From IMG/VR virus record IMGVR_UViG_3300023210_000024: a DNA stretch of 64,000 nt, one strand, 5' to 3'. The position numbers were made by a program, and so were the translations under genes. The stretch is from an uncultured virus (IMG/VR IMGVR_UViG_3300023210_000024) (taxonomy: Duplodnaviria > Heunggongvirae > Uroviricota > Caudoviricetes). The notes beneath the pieces are model-generated. The model searched no databases. It saw only the letters and a program-made list of their open reading frames with translations, and was not told where the DNA came from. Shown here one piece after another: positions 36,055 to 46,356 of this stretch (position 1 is the stretch's first letter; each line of letters begins with the position of its first letter).

Positions 36055-37910
36055 ACGTCTTGTATTTCACCAACTTTAAAATCCCCTTGGTTAACTATTT
36101 TATCTTCGTTAGGTATTTGTCTTCTTATATAGAAATTATAACCTCCGTAGAAGTAATGTTTTCCGTTAACAAATGGGTAATCAACACCTTTTCCGGTATC
36201 GGGTTCTATAAACCCTATATTTAATAAATCTTTCCACGCTATCTTACCATCGGGGTATTTTTCAGCATAATTAGGTATCCCAACGGTGGGCTCATTTATA
36301 CTACTAGTTTCTATTATGCCAGAAAAATTCATTATTTGTAGTTTTTTAAATGGCTTTAAAAAATACGCGTTAGTATTAGGGCTACTCTTTATTCCAAATC
36401 TATGGACTATCTTTGATATTACTTTTTCCTCTATTTCAAAACTATTATATTCTGAGTAATCACCTATATAATCAAATAGGTTATTTGGTTTCTCTATTGA
36501 GCCAACTCCACCAGGAACAAAAATAGATATTGTCTCTAAACTGTTGGTTGGTAATATTGTTTTACTATTGAACTCCCATCCGGAAATAACGTCTGACCAT
36601 GGATAAGTGTTTTGCCCAGACCTTTTAATAAACCCCAAATACATTTCTGTTAATGGTTTATTATTGTGGTCTAATAGTGGCCCAACATCTATATCTTCAT
36701 TAAAATGGTATAACCACGTATCGTTAGCAATACCTAAAGAATTAATTATTGTTTTAGGGTATATGCTTGTACTAAAAGCACATTTATATGTGTCGTATTT
36801 ATTTGTTGTTAAAACTTTATATTTTCTAACATAATATTCTGATGGTGTACCATTTAACGACCTATATGTGGGTTTATTGGTTGTGTATGTTTGTGATTGA
36901 CCTTTTGATGTTAGTGGGCTTGTTGTAAATAAGACATATTTTATTATAAATGTGTTATTGTTTACTATTTGTTCTACTTTGAAAATTCCATTTAAAATAC
37001 CACTACCCCTTAAATCTATATATGATGGTATAAATTCTTGTGGTGGAATATATGATGGTGAGTTAGACCCTAACGGAAATGACGCTGAAAATGGTATGAG
37101 TAGGTTGTGTGGGGTTTGGGTCTCTATTTTTAAGTATATCTCATCAATGTTAGTAAATGACCCATTAACCCCACCATTTTGGTCTGTAACTGTAACGGAA
37201 TTTATTTCTACCTGACTTTCAAAATTAATATCCATTTGTGTTGTGTTAACAATTTTACGATAATTACTTGGTATAAGATAGTCATTAATAAATGGTGTAT
37301 CTAAAACAAATTCTGTATCAAAATTTTCACCGTCTATACCCAAACTCATAATCTTATATATTCCACGATATGGGTTTTGTGGTATCTCCCTATTATATAG
37401 ATAAATATAGTCATCCACTTTTAGATTATGTTTTTGTACACATTTTACCCCTAACTTTTGTTCATCACCATTTGGTGATGCAAGTGTTAAACTTTTAATT
37501 TGTGGGCCCATGTTTGCTTCTGAATTTATATTTGAAGTTGCACCAAAATAACTAATAATATAATTGGGGTCTTTTTTGTGTGGGTATAGTATTTGTAGTA
37601 ACCAATTGTTAGGCGTTACTTGAGGTTCTCCATCAAATAAAGGGTCCCAATCCTCGTTTAGTGCACCCGTTACAGTCGCGGTTGAAGGTGATAACTCATT
37701 TGCTGTATAAATATTTATTTTACCAGAAAATCTATAATCTCTAACAGCGATTCTCTCCCTATCAAAAACTTCTTGTTGGTTGACCACATTAACCAAATCA
37801 TATTCTATTAGTGGTTTTGTGGAATAATTTAATTCAAGACTTATAAAAGTGGCTGTTTCTAATGCTGTAACACTGGTTAACTCTTTTGGCACTTTTAATA
37901 TCTGACTCAT
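36048..37910 (-). CDS. Putative baseplate structural protein
   Basis: 620 aa directly downstream of the gp6-like gene; WKDLL..G...GVDYPFVNG C-terminus. Confidence 0.65.
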   Translation of the reverse strand: MSQILKVPKELTSVTALETATFISLELNYSTKPLIEYDLVNVVNQQEVFDRERIAVRDYRFSGKINIYTANELSPSTATVTGALNEDWDPLFDGEPQVTPNNWLLQILYPHKKDPNYIISYFGATSNINSEANMGPQIKSLTLASPNGDEQKLGVKCVQKHNLKVDDYIYLYNREIPQNPYRGIYKIMSLGIDGENFDTEFVLDTPFINDYLIPSNYRKIVNTTQMDINFESQVEINSVTVTDQNGGVNGSFTNIDEIYLKIETQTPHNLLIPFSASFPLGSNSPSYIPPQEFIPSYIDLRGSGILNGIFKVEQIVNNNTFIIKYVLFTTSPLTSKGQSQTYTTNKPTYRSLNGTPSEYYVRKYKVLTTNKYDTYKCAFSTSIYPKTIINSLGIANDTWLYHFNEDIDVGPLLDHNNKPLTEMYLGFIKRSGQNTYPWSDVISGWEFNSKTILPTNSLETISIFVPGGVGSIEKPNNLFDYIGDYSEYNSFEIEEKVISKIVHRFGIKSSPNTNAYFLKPFKKLQIMNFSGIIETSSINEPTVGIPNYAEKYPDGKIAWKDLLNIGFIEPDTGKGVDYPFVNGKHYFYGGYNFYIRRQIPNEDKIVNQGDFKVGEIQDVC

Positions 37911-37912
37911 AA

Positions 37913-39736
37913 CTATTCTTTAATTCTAACCTTTATGTCTGTCTGTGGGAATCTTATTTGGAACATGGAATCGTACTCTGCGAATAAAGCGAAATCTTCA
38001 GTTAAATTTATTTGTAGTGTTGAGTTATCTAATATGTCTTGGACCGTAACATTAGATGAATATGGTGAACCCGTTTTATTATATATCTTGAAGTCTGTAA
38101 CGTTTAAAACCCCAGCAACATTATTTATGTTTTCGACCAATTGTGATAGGTATATATTGTCACCCATATCCCAATCCTGTACCTTAAAATATTTTTGTAC
38201 AGAATTTATTACCCCTACTACAACTTCACCCTTTGGGAAAGCTTTGTCTATAAAAATATCTATTTCAAACCCTAAATCAAAAATCTTACCATCCCTAGTT
38301 AAAACATAGTCATTAATCATCCTATAATCGGCCAGCCATGAGGCTATATTTTCTTTTAATGTGTTTGAGGACGAGTTGGATAACTTTCCTTGGCTATCTA
38401 ACCCTAATATAGCTATATCTATTTTATTTTGTCTTTCAGATACATTATTTCTAAACGGTATCCCAAACGTACCTGGCATTTTGTCAATTAACACAACATA
38501 ATCTTTTAGTGTTACAGCCCTATTTTGTGAAGAAAAATTATATCTAACCATTTTTTTTATTTGTTCGGTGCTTGGTGCATTTGCCCCACCGAAAGCTGGA
38601 ACTGGGTTATTAACGGTTAGTGATTGTTCTACTCTTTGATTTATCTGACTACTCGGCCCATTAGCTTTCATGGTATAGGTGCCTTTTGCTGTCAATGTGT
38701 TAGCCCCAACATTTCCGTTTGCTCCACCACCTGTTCTATATCTAATATACATAGTAGTGCCAACTGTAGGTATTTCACCCATAGCTGTTGTGTTTATAAA
38801 ATCACCTATCCTTAATGTGAAATTATTGTTAGCGTAAGTTTCTAATGATTCTTGGTCGGCATTACCCGAACCAAAAGTCATTTTACAAAACCCCTTATCG
38901 GTATATTCTCTAATGAACCTTCTATTTGTGTTAACCCACTTACCTGGCGTGATTGTTGTATTATCTGTTTGTCTTGTTTTATCTTGTGTGAAAATTTTAT
39001 CTTCCATTAAGGAATCCATTTCGTACCAACTTATGTCTGGGTCTGAAAATTGGTTTAGCGTTGGGTTACCTTGTAGGTTAGTGCCTTCTAAAGATACCAC
39101 CTGTTCTACAGATATAACATTGTTGTTAGGTAGTACCACCTCTAAAAATGGTATAGCGTCAGCTTCTGATATAATTTTTTTATAAACATTTGTAACCCCA
39201 GCAACAACAAACTCTCTTTTAACTAACCGATACCCAACTAGTGTTCCATTATTATTTAAGTTTGGTAGTATTAGCCTGTTAGCGATACCACCAACACTTA
39301 GTGGTTCACTAAAGTCAATATCATCAAGTGTTTCAAAACTTTGCCCGCCACCCAAAACTTGTGCTCCATATTTTAATTTTGGTGCATATCTTATGTCAAA
39401 TGTATCCCCAGCCGCGGGAACGTTTACAGAAAAATCTACTATAGATACTGAGGGTCTTTTTCCCGGTACATTTAAACCTAATGTTCTGGCTATATTTAGT
39501 ATTGATTTTCTTTCTTGTGCAAAATCTAATTGTGTTTCTTGGAACATTCTATCAGTGTTAAACGATAACATGTCCGATACTGCCGCATTTAACTCTATTA
39601 ACATTGTACCAATAGAGGCGTCATTAAAGTCCTGGAATGTTTCTGGGTAATATTTTTTAACAAAATTAAACAATTCTGTTCTTACATCTGAGAAATTTCT
39701 AGCGAAGTAATTAATTTTTTTGTTTGTTGCTGCCAT
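37913..39736 (-). CDS. Baseplate wedge subunit (T4 gp6 / P2 gpJ-like)
   Basis: NYFARNFSDVR; AQERKSILNIARTLG; YRTGGGANGNV; AFGGA; QNRAVTLKDY. Confidence 0.9.
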   Translation of the reverse strand: MAATNKKINYFARNFSDVRTELFNFVKKYYPETFQDFNDASIGTMLIELNAAVSDMLSFNTDRMFQETQLDFAQERKSILNIARTLGLNVPGKRPSVSIVDFSVNVPAAGDTFDIRYAPKLKYGAQVLGGGQSFETLDDIDFSEPLSVGGIANRLILPNLNNNGTLVGYRLVKREFVVAGVTNVYKKIISEADAIPFLEVVLPNNNVISVEQVVSLEGTNLQGNPTLNQFSDPDISWYEMDSLMEDKIFTQDKTRQTDNTTITPGKWVNTNRRFIREYTDKGFCKMTFGSGNADQESLETYANNNFTLRIGDFINTTAMGEIPTVGTTMYIRYRTGGGANGNVGANTLTAKGTYTMKANGPSSQINQRVEQSLTVNNPVPAFGGANAPSTEQIKKMVRYNFSSQNRAVTLKDYVVLIDKMPGTFGIPFRNNVSERQNKIDIAILGLDSQGKLSNSSSNTLKENIASWLADYRMINDYVLTRDGKIFDLGFEIDIFIDKAFPKGEVVVGVINSVQKYFKVQDWDMGDNIYLSQLVENINNVAGVLNVTDFKIYNKTGSPYSSNVTVQDILDNSTLQINLTEDFALFAEYDSMFQIRFPQTDIKVRIKE

Positions 39737-39737
39737 T

Positions 39738-40121
39738 TTATAATTCTATTTCTATAAAATCAGTACCAGCGAAAGCGGATGCGGTGACTTTATAGTCTAA
39801 TCTGACTATTGCCGCTTTTTCGTTCCTCTCTGACTTGGTTACTGTTATTTCTAATATTGTTAGGTTTGGTATAAACTCTTTTATTGCTACCTCTATTTCT
39901 GATTGTATGGATTTATGAATTATACCATCGTTCTGTTCAAAAATATATTGCCTTAAATTAACGCCAAAAGATGGTAAATAAAGTCTTTGTCTTTTTTGTG
40001 TTAATAAAAGATGTAGTAAATCGGATTTAATTGCACGTTTACTTGTCTTTTCCATTTTTAAAAACTTACCTTTTGGGTCTTCCTCAAATGGGAATGATAT
40101 ATTTAAGTATTTTTCAGCCAT
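39738..40121 (-). CDS. Baseplate wedge subunit gp25-like
   Basis: IKSDLLHLLLTQKRQRLYLPSFGVNLRQYIFE; adjacent to the gp6-like gene. Confidence 0.9.
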   Translation of the reverse strand: MAEKYLNISFPFEEDPKGKFLKMEKTSKRAIKSDLLHLLLTQKRQRLYLPSFGVNLRQYIFEQNDGIIHKSIQSEIEVAIKEFIPNLTILEITVTKSERNEKAAIVRLDYKVTASAFAGTDFIEIEL

Positions 40122-40132
40122 TTCTTTTTATT

Positions 40133-40141
40133 AATAAATAT
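40133..40141 (-). promoter_or_regulatory. Putative late-promoter motif ATATTTATT heading the structural operon
   Basis: 11 nt upstream of the gp25 ATG, just after the nrdJ terminator. Confidence 0.55.
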
Positions 40142-40189
40142 TCAACTATATAATTTATACTAAAAATATAAAATGTAAATTTTTAGCAT

Positions 40190-40213
40190 AAAAAAAGCTT
40201 CCGTAGAAGCTTT
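40190..40213 (-). terminator. Intrinsic terminator after nrdJ
   Basis: AAAGCTTC-TACG-GAAGCTTT plus T-run; cUACGg (UNCG) tetraloop. Confidence 0.85.
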
Positions 40214-40233
40214 AATTATTATTTAACATTTTT

Positions 40234-42138
40234 TTATGTTTTTGTACCCTCTACTTTATCAATACTAGATAAGTCTATATCTATTTCACACGCTCCGCCT
40301 GCACAAGCAAGCTCACCACTTAAGTCGGTGTTGTCTTCTGTTTCCACAATTTTACTTAAGTCTATGTCCATCAATGAATTCATCATTTCTAGATATTTTT
40401 CTTTTTTAATATCTTCGAATGGTGCTTGAACGTATGACCCACCATCGTAAGGTAATACAGATAAACCATTATAAGATTTACGATTTTCCCACATCCATTC
40501 ACCCGCTAAGTCCCAATCATCTTCTTTTAATGAAATTGTGGCTGAAACATTGTGTGTGTTAGAACCTTTTCTATGACCTGGATTTACCCATTCTTTTGAA
40601 ACTTTCTTGATTCTTTCTAATAACTCAAAAGGTGATTCCGTTCTTAATATAGCTCCCTCTGGTGATTTTTGTGGTATTTCAATAACAGCAGTATCGTGTG
40701 GTCTATAATATTCATCCTGAACTAATTCTGGGTGTGATTGGGATAGGTACTTGTACATAGACTCATTTTTTCCAACTCTAATTCTTCTAATGTAATAATC
40801 ATTGTGCCAAGCATGTATTCCTGATGATGTCCCTAAAGTTAAAGATGTTGTTCCTGCTGGTTTAACTGTTGTACATCTAGCCGCTGAGTTTATGTTTATT
40901 AATTTAGCAACCCTATTATTTTCTCTTTTTACTAAGCTAGCCGCTTTACCCATATCATACCCTAAAACAGTACCACTACCAATACCTGTCATAGACACAC
41001 CAATTAAAGCGTCTTTCTCTGTTGTTTCTCTCCATTCTTCTCTAAGATAATGAAAGTCTGTGTAACCAGCTTGTAAAGTACCAATAAATGCTGCCCCTTT
41101 AACTCTTTCGTTTAAGTCTTCTTGACTCTCAATGTCTGAAGCGTTTACCTCACATAAATTACAGAATTGGAATGGTCTTAGTGCGATTTCACAACATGGG
41201 TTTGTGCCCCAATCTTTATCGTTTGAGAAATAAATACCTGGTTCACCAGCTCCAGATAACTCAACGCGTTTCCACACATCCAAAAAGAATTCTTTCGTTA
41301 CTTTGTGTCTCATTAAAACTGCTGAATTATTAGCTCTACCTCTTTGTGAGTTAAGTTCCCACCAATTACCGGCTTTACAAGAAATCATTTCATCATCATC
41401 GGCTGAAAATAAAGATATTAAAGCTGCTCTACGTATACCACCAGCCAATACAGCGTCAGCGATATAACAAACGATATCGTGTGTCTCTATTGTTGATAAG
41501 TTATTACCATCTTCTTTTTGACTTAGTATCCCCTCTATTTTAAGTAAACATTCTTTAAGTGGTTGTGGTCCTGGTGCTTTACCCCCAGATGTTACTAACA
41601 TAGCTCCCTTTGGTCTGATGTCAGAAAAATCAAACTCTATTGTAGAACTTCTTTTATCTCCAATATATGATTTCATTAATACCTTGATTGCGTCAGCCCA
41701 ACCCTCTATCGAGTCACCAATCAAAAATCTTTTTTTCCTTTTTTCATATGGTTTATTGATTGGTGGTAAATGAGCTACGTGGTGTTTTTGTACTGAGTAC
41801 CCAACACCTGTTCCACCTAAAAGTAAAAACATTGTTTCACTAAAAGCTTCAACACTGTCTATAGGTAGATAAGCACAATTATAAACTCTATTTGGTGATA
41901 TCTCAATTGGTTTACCACCGAATTGCATTGACCTCATAGAGGGTAGTATTTTTTTATCGTAAACTAGTTGGTACACCGTGTTTATTTCATCTTTAAGTTT
42001 TGGGTACCTCTTGATGTGCATGTTTTTATTACGGGTAACCAATTCATCCCAGCTCTCTCTTCTTTGTAGTTCTGGTAGGTACTTAGCGTACTTCATGTAG
42101 ACAGTAATGTCTGATAGAATCTTATTAGATAGTTCCAT
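40234..42138 (-). CDS. nrdJ: Class II (adenosylcobalamin-dependent) ribonucleotide reductase, monomeric type
   Basis: YNCAY, GGIRRAALI, TNPCCEI, CNLCEVN, VKPAGT and C-terminal CAGGAC; no beta-subunit gene next to it. Confidence 0.92.
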   Translation of the reverse strand: MELSNKILSDITVYMKYAKYLPELQRRESWDELVTRNKNMHIKRYPKLKDEINTVYQLVYDKKILPSMRSMQFGGKPIEISPNRVYNCAYLPIDSVEAFSETMFLLLGGTGVGYSVQKHHVAHLPPINKPYEKRKKRFLIGDSIEGWADAIKVLMKSYIGDKRSSTIEFDFSDIRPKGAMLVTSGGKAPGPQPLKECLLKIEGILSQKEDGNNLSTIETHDIVCYIADAVLAGGIRRAALISLFSADDDEMISCKAGNWWELNSQRGRANNSAVLMRHKVTKEFFLDVWKRVELSGAGEPGIYFSNDKDWGTNPCCEIALRPFQFCNLCEVNASDIESQEDLNERVKGAAFIGTLQAGYTDFHYLREEWRETTEKDALIGVSMTGIGSGTVLGYDMGKAASLVKRENNRVAKLININSAARCTTVKPAGTTSLTLGTSSGIHAWHNDYYIRRIRVGKNESMYKYLSQSHPELVQDEYYRPHDTAVIEIPQKSPEGAILRTESPFELLERIKKVSKEWVNPGHRKGSNTHNVSATISLKEDDWDLAGEWMWENRKSYNGLSVLPYDGGSYVQAPFEDIKKEKYLEMMNSLMDIDLSKIVETEDNTDLSGELACAGGACEIDIDLSSIDKVEGTKT

Positions 42139-42166
42139 TTTTATTTATTTTTTTTTAAATTTGTTA

Positions 42167-43570
42167 TTAATTTTGTTCAGAACTACTTTGTTCTCTTCTT
42201 AATTTAGCTATTTTTAATCGTTCTTTAGTGTTTTCCTCTTTTCTAACTTCAACTTTCTTTTCGTAACCTAAAAAAGTATCTGAAGTATCTGTGTCAATAT
42301 ACACCGTACCATTATTAAATGTACAATCCTCAAAAACAACCCCATCCTTACCGAATCTTGATTTTAGGACTGCTATTGTCGCTCTATTACCTTCTTTTTG
42401 TGATAATGTTCTAGCTACTGACATTATAAAGTGTCCAATCTGAGCCTTCTTTATAGAACCACCCATTTGGTCTCCCGTTACTACATCTGAAGATATGGAA
42501 CTTCTATTTCCTTGTACAGCTGTCCACCCAACCATATTGTATTCAGTTAACATAGATTCAAAACCTCTCATTACATTACCTTCACCCGACCATTCATCGT
42601 TATATATTCTAGCTGATTCAACACAGTCAATATAATCTAACACAACCATGTCAGGTTTAAACCCAGTTGAGATTAGGTGTCTAATGTATGTCTTTATGTG
42701 GTTTACTGTAACACCTTCAGATGAAAATTTCCTTAACACTAAATCATTTTCTTTATTGTTTGTTTTTTCTTTTATAACTTCAATAACTTTTTCTTTGTCA
42801 TCAGATAAAGAATTTAACTCAATACCACTCCAACACGCCGCGTGTTTTCTTTTTATTACATCTGGTCTATCTTCAAAAACAATCTGTAAAACATTATACC
42901 CAGCGTTGTAAGCCGTGTTTGCCATTTTAGTTAGTATTGTTGTTTTACCAACACCATATGGTGCTAATACAACACCTAACTCTCCTCTTGATAGTCCACC
43001 GTCAGTTAGATTGTCTATACCACTTATACCCGTAGGTATTGGGTGTCTGAAATCCTCTTCTAGAACTGTGTCCCAACCTTCACTTATAGATGTTCCATCA
43101 TCTTTTTCAGCTCCAACAGATAAAGCTTCTTTCATGATATCAGCACACTCCTCATATCTACCAAACTCACCATTATCGATTATTTTAGATATCTTATCGT
43201 TTGCTTTTTTAAGTTCTTGTTGTCTACAAAAATTTAAAGATTCTTTTTGTACATATTCCCAATCACCTACCTCTATCTTTTTAATTTCTTTGGTTATTTC
43301 AAAGACGTAATCTTGTGTTATTTTATCTTTTATTTCTACCTTTAAAATAGTCTCTAGTGTGTCCCAAGCTGGTACCTTTTCGAATGTTTCAAAATAGTCT
43401 TTTACTGTCGCTATAATAAGTCTGAAATATTCATTATCAAAATATTTTGCGTGTACAATATCTATAATTCTATCAGCAAAATTTCTATTAGCTGGATGTA
43501 GTATTTGGTTTATGAACTCTGTCTGAAATCTATACCCTAGATATCCTAGAGTTGTAACTTTTTTACTCAT
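42167..43570 (-). CDS. DnaB/gp41-like replicative helicase
   Basis: Walker A APYGVGKT; VVLDYID; WTAVQGNR; KSRFG. Confidence 0.92.
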   Translation of the reverse strand: MSKKVTTLGYLGYRFQTEFINQILHPANRNFADRIIDIVHAKYFDNEYFRLIIATVKDYFETFEKVPAWDTLETILKVEIKDKITQDYVFEITKEIKKIEVGDWEYVQKESLNFCRQQELKKANDKISKIIDNGEFGRYEECADIMKEALSVGAEKDDGTSISEGWDTVLEEDFRHPIPTGISGIDNLTDGGLSRGELGVVLAPYGVGKTTILTKMANTAYNAGYNVLQIVFEDRPDVIKRKHAACWSGIELNSLSDDKEKVIEVIKEKTNNKENDLVLRKFSSEGVTVNHIKTYIRHLISTGFKPDMVVLDYIDCVESARIYNDEWSGEGNVMRGFESMLTEYNMVGWTAVQGNRSSISSDVVTGDQMGGSIKKAQIGHFIMSVARTLSQKEGNRATIAVLKSRFGKDGVVFEDCTFNNGTVYIDTDTSDTFLGYEKKVEVRKEENTKERLKIAKLRREQSSSEQN

Positions 43571-43592
43571 ATAAATTAAGTTTTGATTTAAT

Positions 43593-43600
43593 AATAAATA
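43593..43600 (-). promoter_or_regulatory. TATTTATT motif upstream of the helicase
   Basis: 22 nt upstream of the ATG; part of the inverted repeat ATAAATA-GA-TATTTAT. Confidence 0.4.
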
Positions 43601-43605
43601 GATAT

Positions 43606-44043
43606 TTATAATACGATTCCGCTATATTCCACAGTAAAATTTTGTAAATAAAATGTTTCTTGTATTTCCTTAATTATAGAGGGGATTATCTTTCTTACAT
43701 CCACCGAATATCTAACTCTTTGTGGATAAACATTACCCGTAAACCTTTTTTTGATTATAGTTCTTTCGTCCATTTTAATTTCAAAATCAAAAACATCCTC
43801 ATTGTCATATATATTTTCCACCATAATGTCTTCCTGTAATTGTTTTCTATATGGATTATAACTGTTGTACATATATTCGTATGTTTTATTTTTTAAATCT
43901 TTCTGTATTAATCTAACACACTCTTCAGCACATTCAGTTAAATCAACAGACCTAAGTACCTTTGGGTTAAAATGTTTAACTGAGAAGTACCTTTGACAAA
44001 TAATATTGCCGTTTATGCTAAGTATAAATTCAAATTTTTTCAT
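43606..44043 (-). CDS. Hypothetical protein in the replication cluster
   Basis: 145 aa, coupled to the exonuclease gene. Confidence 0.75.
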   Translation of the reverse strand: MKKFEFILSINGNIICQRYFSVKHFNPKVLRSVDLTECAEECVRLIQKDLKNKTYEYMYNSYNPYRKQLQEDIMVENIYDNEDVFDFEIKMDERTIIKKRFTGNVYPQRVRYSVDVRKIIPSIIKEIQETFYLQNFTVEYSGIVL

Positions 44044-45068
44044 TTTTTTTGTTTTTTAAAGTTTATTTTTTCTTTTTTTGCTAGTTTGATAAATGGTTCC
44101 ATGAAATTTAAGTAACCATTTTCACCACCTGGTAGAGCGTACATGACACCGTCTTCAATCATCATTTTTAAAACATTCTTAGTATCTCTGCCACTTGGGT
44201 CTATGGGTAAGTCTATTAAATATTTTACATTATCTGTAGCCTCTTCGGTTAATAAAGGGTTATTTAAGTCTATTATTTTTTTATTTATTTCATAAAGTGG
44301 TCCTCTATGTCTACCTCTTGTTTTGCCTTCTATTATATTTGTTAACACCTTAAGTGGTGTTTCCCTTTCTTCTTGTATTTTTTTACTTGACTCAATAATC
44401 TCTTCTAATGTAACTTTCCTTTCTTTTAGTTGTGGAAAATGTTTTAATAATGTATTTTCTGTAACACCGTCAACACCCTTTATAAAGTCACTTTTACACC
44501 CTTCAATAATTTTTATTAACCCAGCGTTTGTGTAATGGTGTTGGAAATACCAATGGTAGTTGCCTATACCTACTATCACTTTTTTGTCGGCTAAGAAAAG
44601 TGTCACCTCTTCATTTATTAACTGACACATATCTCTGTCGTTAGTGTAAACCACAACGTCTTCATTGTTTTTTTTATTTAAACAATAGAACGCTATTAAA
44701 TCGTCTGACTCAACGTCTGGGTGTTCGTACTGTCTAATAGATAAATCTTCAGCATATTCCTTAACCCTTAGTTTTTGTAATTCATATTCCTTATCGAAAA
44801 ACCTAGGTCTATTTCCTTTGTATTCAGGGTAGTAGTCTAATCTAAGGGTTCCACCCCTTTCTCCATCCCAAGTGATAACTACTTTATCTATCTTATGTTC
44901 TATAATGATTTTTCTTAGTGTACCATAAAAGGCGGATATACCACCTATATGTTTACCTTTATGGAAAACATGTTTAGCACCACTGTAAGAACGTTTCATT
45001 AAAACGTTCCCATCAACGATAAGGGTTTTTGTTTTTTTAGGTTTTCCTCTAGGTGTTCGTAGGCCCAT
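44040..45068 (-). CDS. 5'-3' exonuclease / flap endonuclease (T4 RNase H-like)
   Basis: LIVDGN, WDG, YKGNR, ESDDLIA, TNDRD, SDFIKGVDGV. Start reassigned to ATG at 45068 (MGLRTP). Confidence 0.9.
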   Translation of the reverse strand: MGLRTPRGKPKKTKTLIVDGNVLMKRSYSGAKHVFHKGKHIGGISAFYGTLRKIIIEHKIDKVVITWDGERGGTLRLDYYPEYKGNRPRFFDKEYELQKLRVKEYAEDLSIRQYEHPDVESDDLIAFYCLNKKNNEDVVVYTNDRDMCQLINEEVTLFLADKKVIVGIGNYHWYFQHHYTNAGLIKIIEGCKSDFIKGVDGVTENTLLKHFPQLKERKVTLEEIIESSKKIQEERETPLKVLTNIIEGKTRGRHRGPLYEINKKIIDLNNPLLTEEATDNVKYLIDLPIDPSGRDTKNVLKMMIEDGVMYALPGGENGYLNFMEPFIKLAKKEKINFKKQKK

Positions 45069-45300
45069 GTTGGCTAAAATTAAAAGGTCCAACAATCTGT
45101 TCTCTTGCAATATCTTCTTCAGTGGGTTCCAAAACACCCATATCAAGTAATAAATTTATTGCTTCTTGGGGTATTACATCCCCTGATATATATTTTTCTA
45201 TAGATGATTGAATTATATAAAAAGATGCTAACTGGGTTCTTTCGTTATCAATTAACGCCTCTCTATTTAATTCTAATAATCTATTATAATTTACTTTCAT
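45049..45300 (-). CDS. Hypothetical protein
   Basis: 83-aa ORF between the recombinase and exonuclease genes. Confidence 0.65.
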   Translation of the reverse strand: MKVNYNRLLELNREALIDNERTQLASFYIIQSSIEKYISGDVIPQEAINLLLDMGVLEPTEEDIAREQIVGPFNFSQHGPTNT

Positions 45301-45313
45301 TACTTTTTTTATT

Positions 45314-46345
45314 CTATAAACCTAAAGGTTCTTTTGTTTCGTTAAGATTGAAAGTGTCACCACCCATAACACTTTTCCAATACTCAGCGTACTCTTCTTT
45401 GTATTTATTGATTGATTCTTTCGTGTCCTCAATATATCCATGAGGTGTTGCAATAATCTTACCATCTTTATACCCCAAACCATTAACATGATTCTTAAGA
45501 ATGGATATTTTTGTCTTCGTTGCGAAGGCTACTTTTCTACCATCCTTAGTTGCGTCTAGTTGTGATATTCCAGAGTTCTTTTGGTTACCAAATAAAAACA
45601 CTAATGCTGAGTTTAACCAAATAGCTTCACCCCCCTTAGCTTTAATCTTAGGTTGGCCGAAAGGGTTGTCGGGTAATTCTACCCATGGTTGGTTTACTAT
45701 CACTAGTGTGTTGTCGTAAGGATAATCTTCTCTTTTTGAATTTGTAATTCTAGAGGTTAATCCCATACCAATTTTATCAGCTAACACTCTAGCGTTGTGC
45801 ATTGACCCGCCTTTACCGTCAAAGGTCATCTGACAAGGTATTGAACCTACAGAGTCCCATAAGAATAGGTAACCTTTTAAGGGTTTTCCATCAGGTCCGT
45901 CAGGCATTCCATCCTTCTCTTGTATGTCTAACAATTGGTTAGCAAAATCCGTAACTTGTTCGATAGTTTGAAAGTCATCATTGAATAGGAATAACCCATC
46001 TATAACTTCTTCACCTTCTTCATCTGTTATCGTCTCAGAGTGTAGACCTAACTTATCACAATATTCCCAAGACCATTTTCTTTCAGTAATTAAAAACACA
46101 GGTAAGTACCCCTGTTTTTGTGCTGATACAGCTGATTTAATTAGAGCTGTGGTCTTAGACGAATTAGAGTGTCCTAGGAACATATTAATATTGTGCATTA
46201 CTGGTCCTGGTAATCCACTAGCTTTATGAAAAGCCTCCCCGACATCAAAGAATGATGTCGGTTTGTACTTTGTCTTACTGCTATGTGTTTTCTTTAGTGA
46301 ATCTAAAGAGAAACTTTTCTTTTTAATTGAACTTTTCTTAGCCAT
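45314..46345 (-). CDS. RecA/UvsX-like recombinase
   Basis: GHSNSSKTT P-loop variant; ITERK; LWDSVGS; IVNQPW; KAKGG; KNHV. Confidence 0.85.
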   Translation of the reverse strand: MAKKSSIKKKSFSLDSLKKTHSSKTKYKPTSFFDVGEAFHKASGLPGPVMHNINMFLGHSNSSKTTALIKSAVSAQKQGYLPVFLITERKWSWEYCDKLGLHSETITDEEGEEVIDGLFLFNDDFQTIEQVTDFANQLLDIQEKDGMPDGPDGKPLKGYLFLWDSVGSIPCQMTFDGKGGSMHNARVLADKIGMGLTSRITNSKREDYPYDNTLVIVNQPWVELPDNPFGQPKIKAKGGEAIWLNSALVFLFGNQKNSGISQLDATKDGRKVAFATKTKISILKNHVNGLGYKDGKIIATPHGYIEDTKESINKYKEEYAEYWKSVMGGDTFNLNETKEPLGL

Positions 46346-46356
46346 CTATATTTTTT

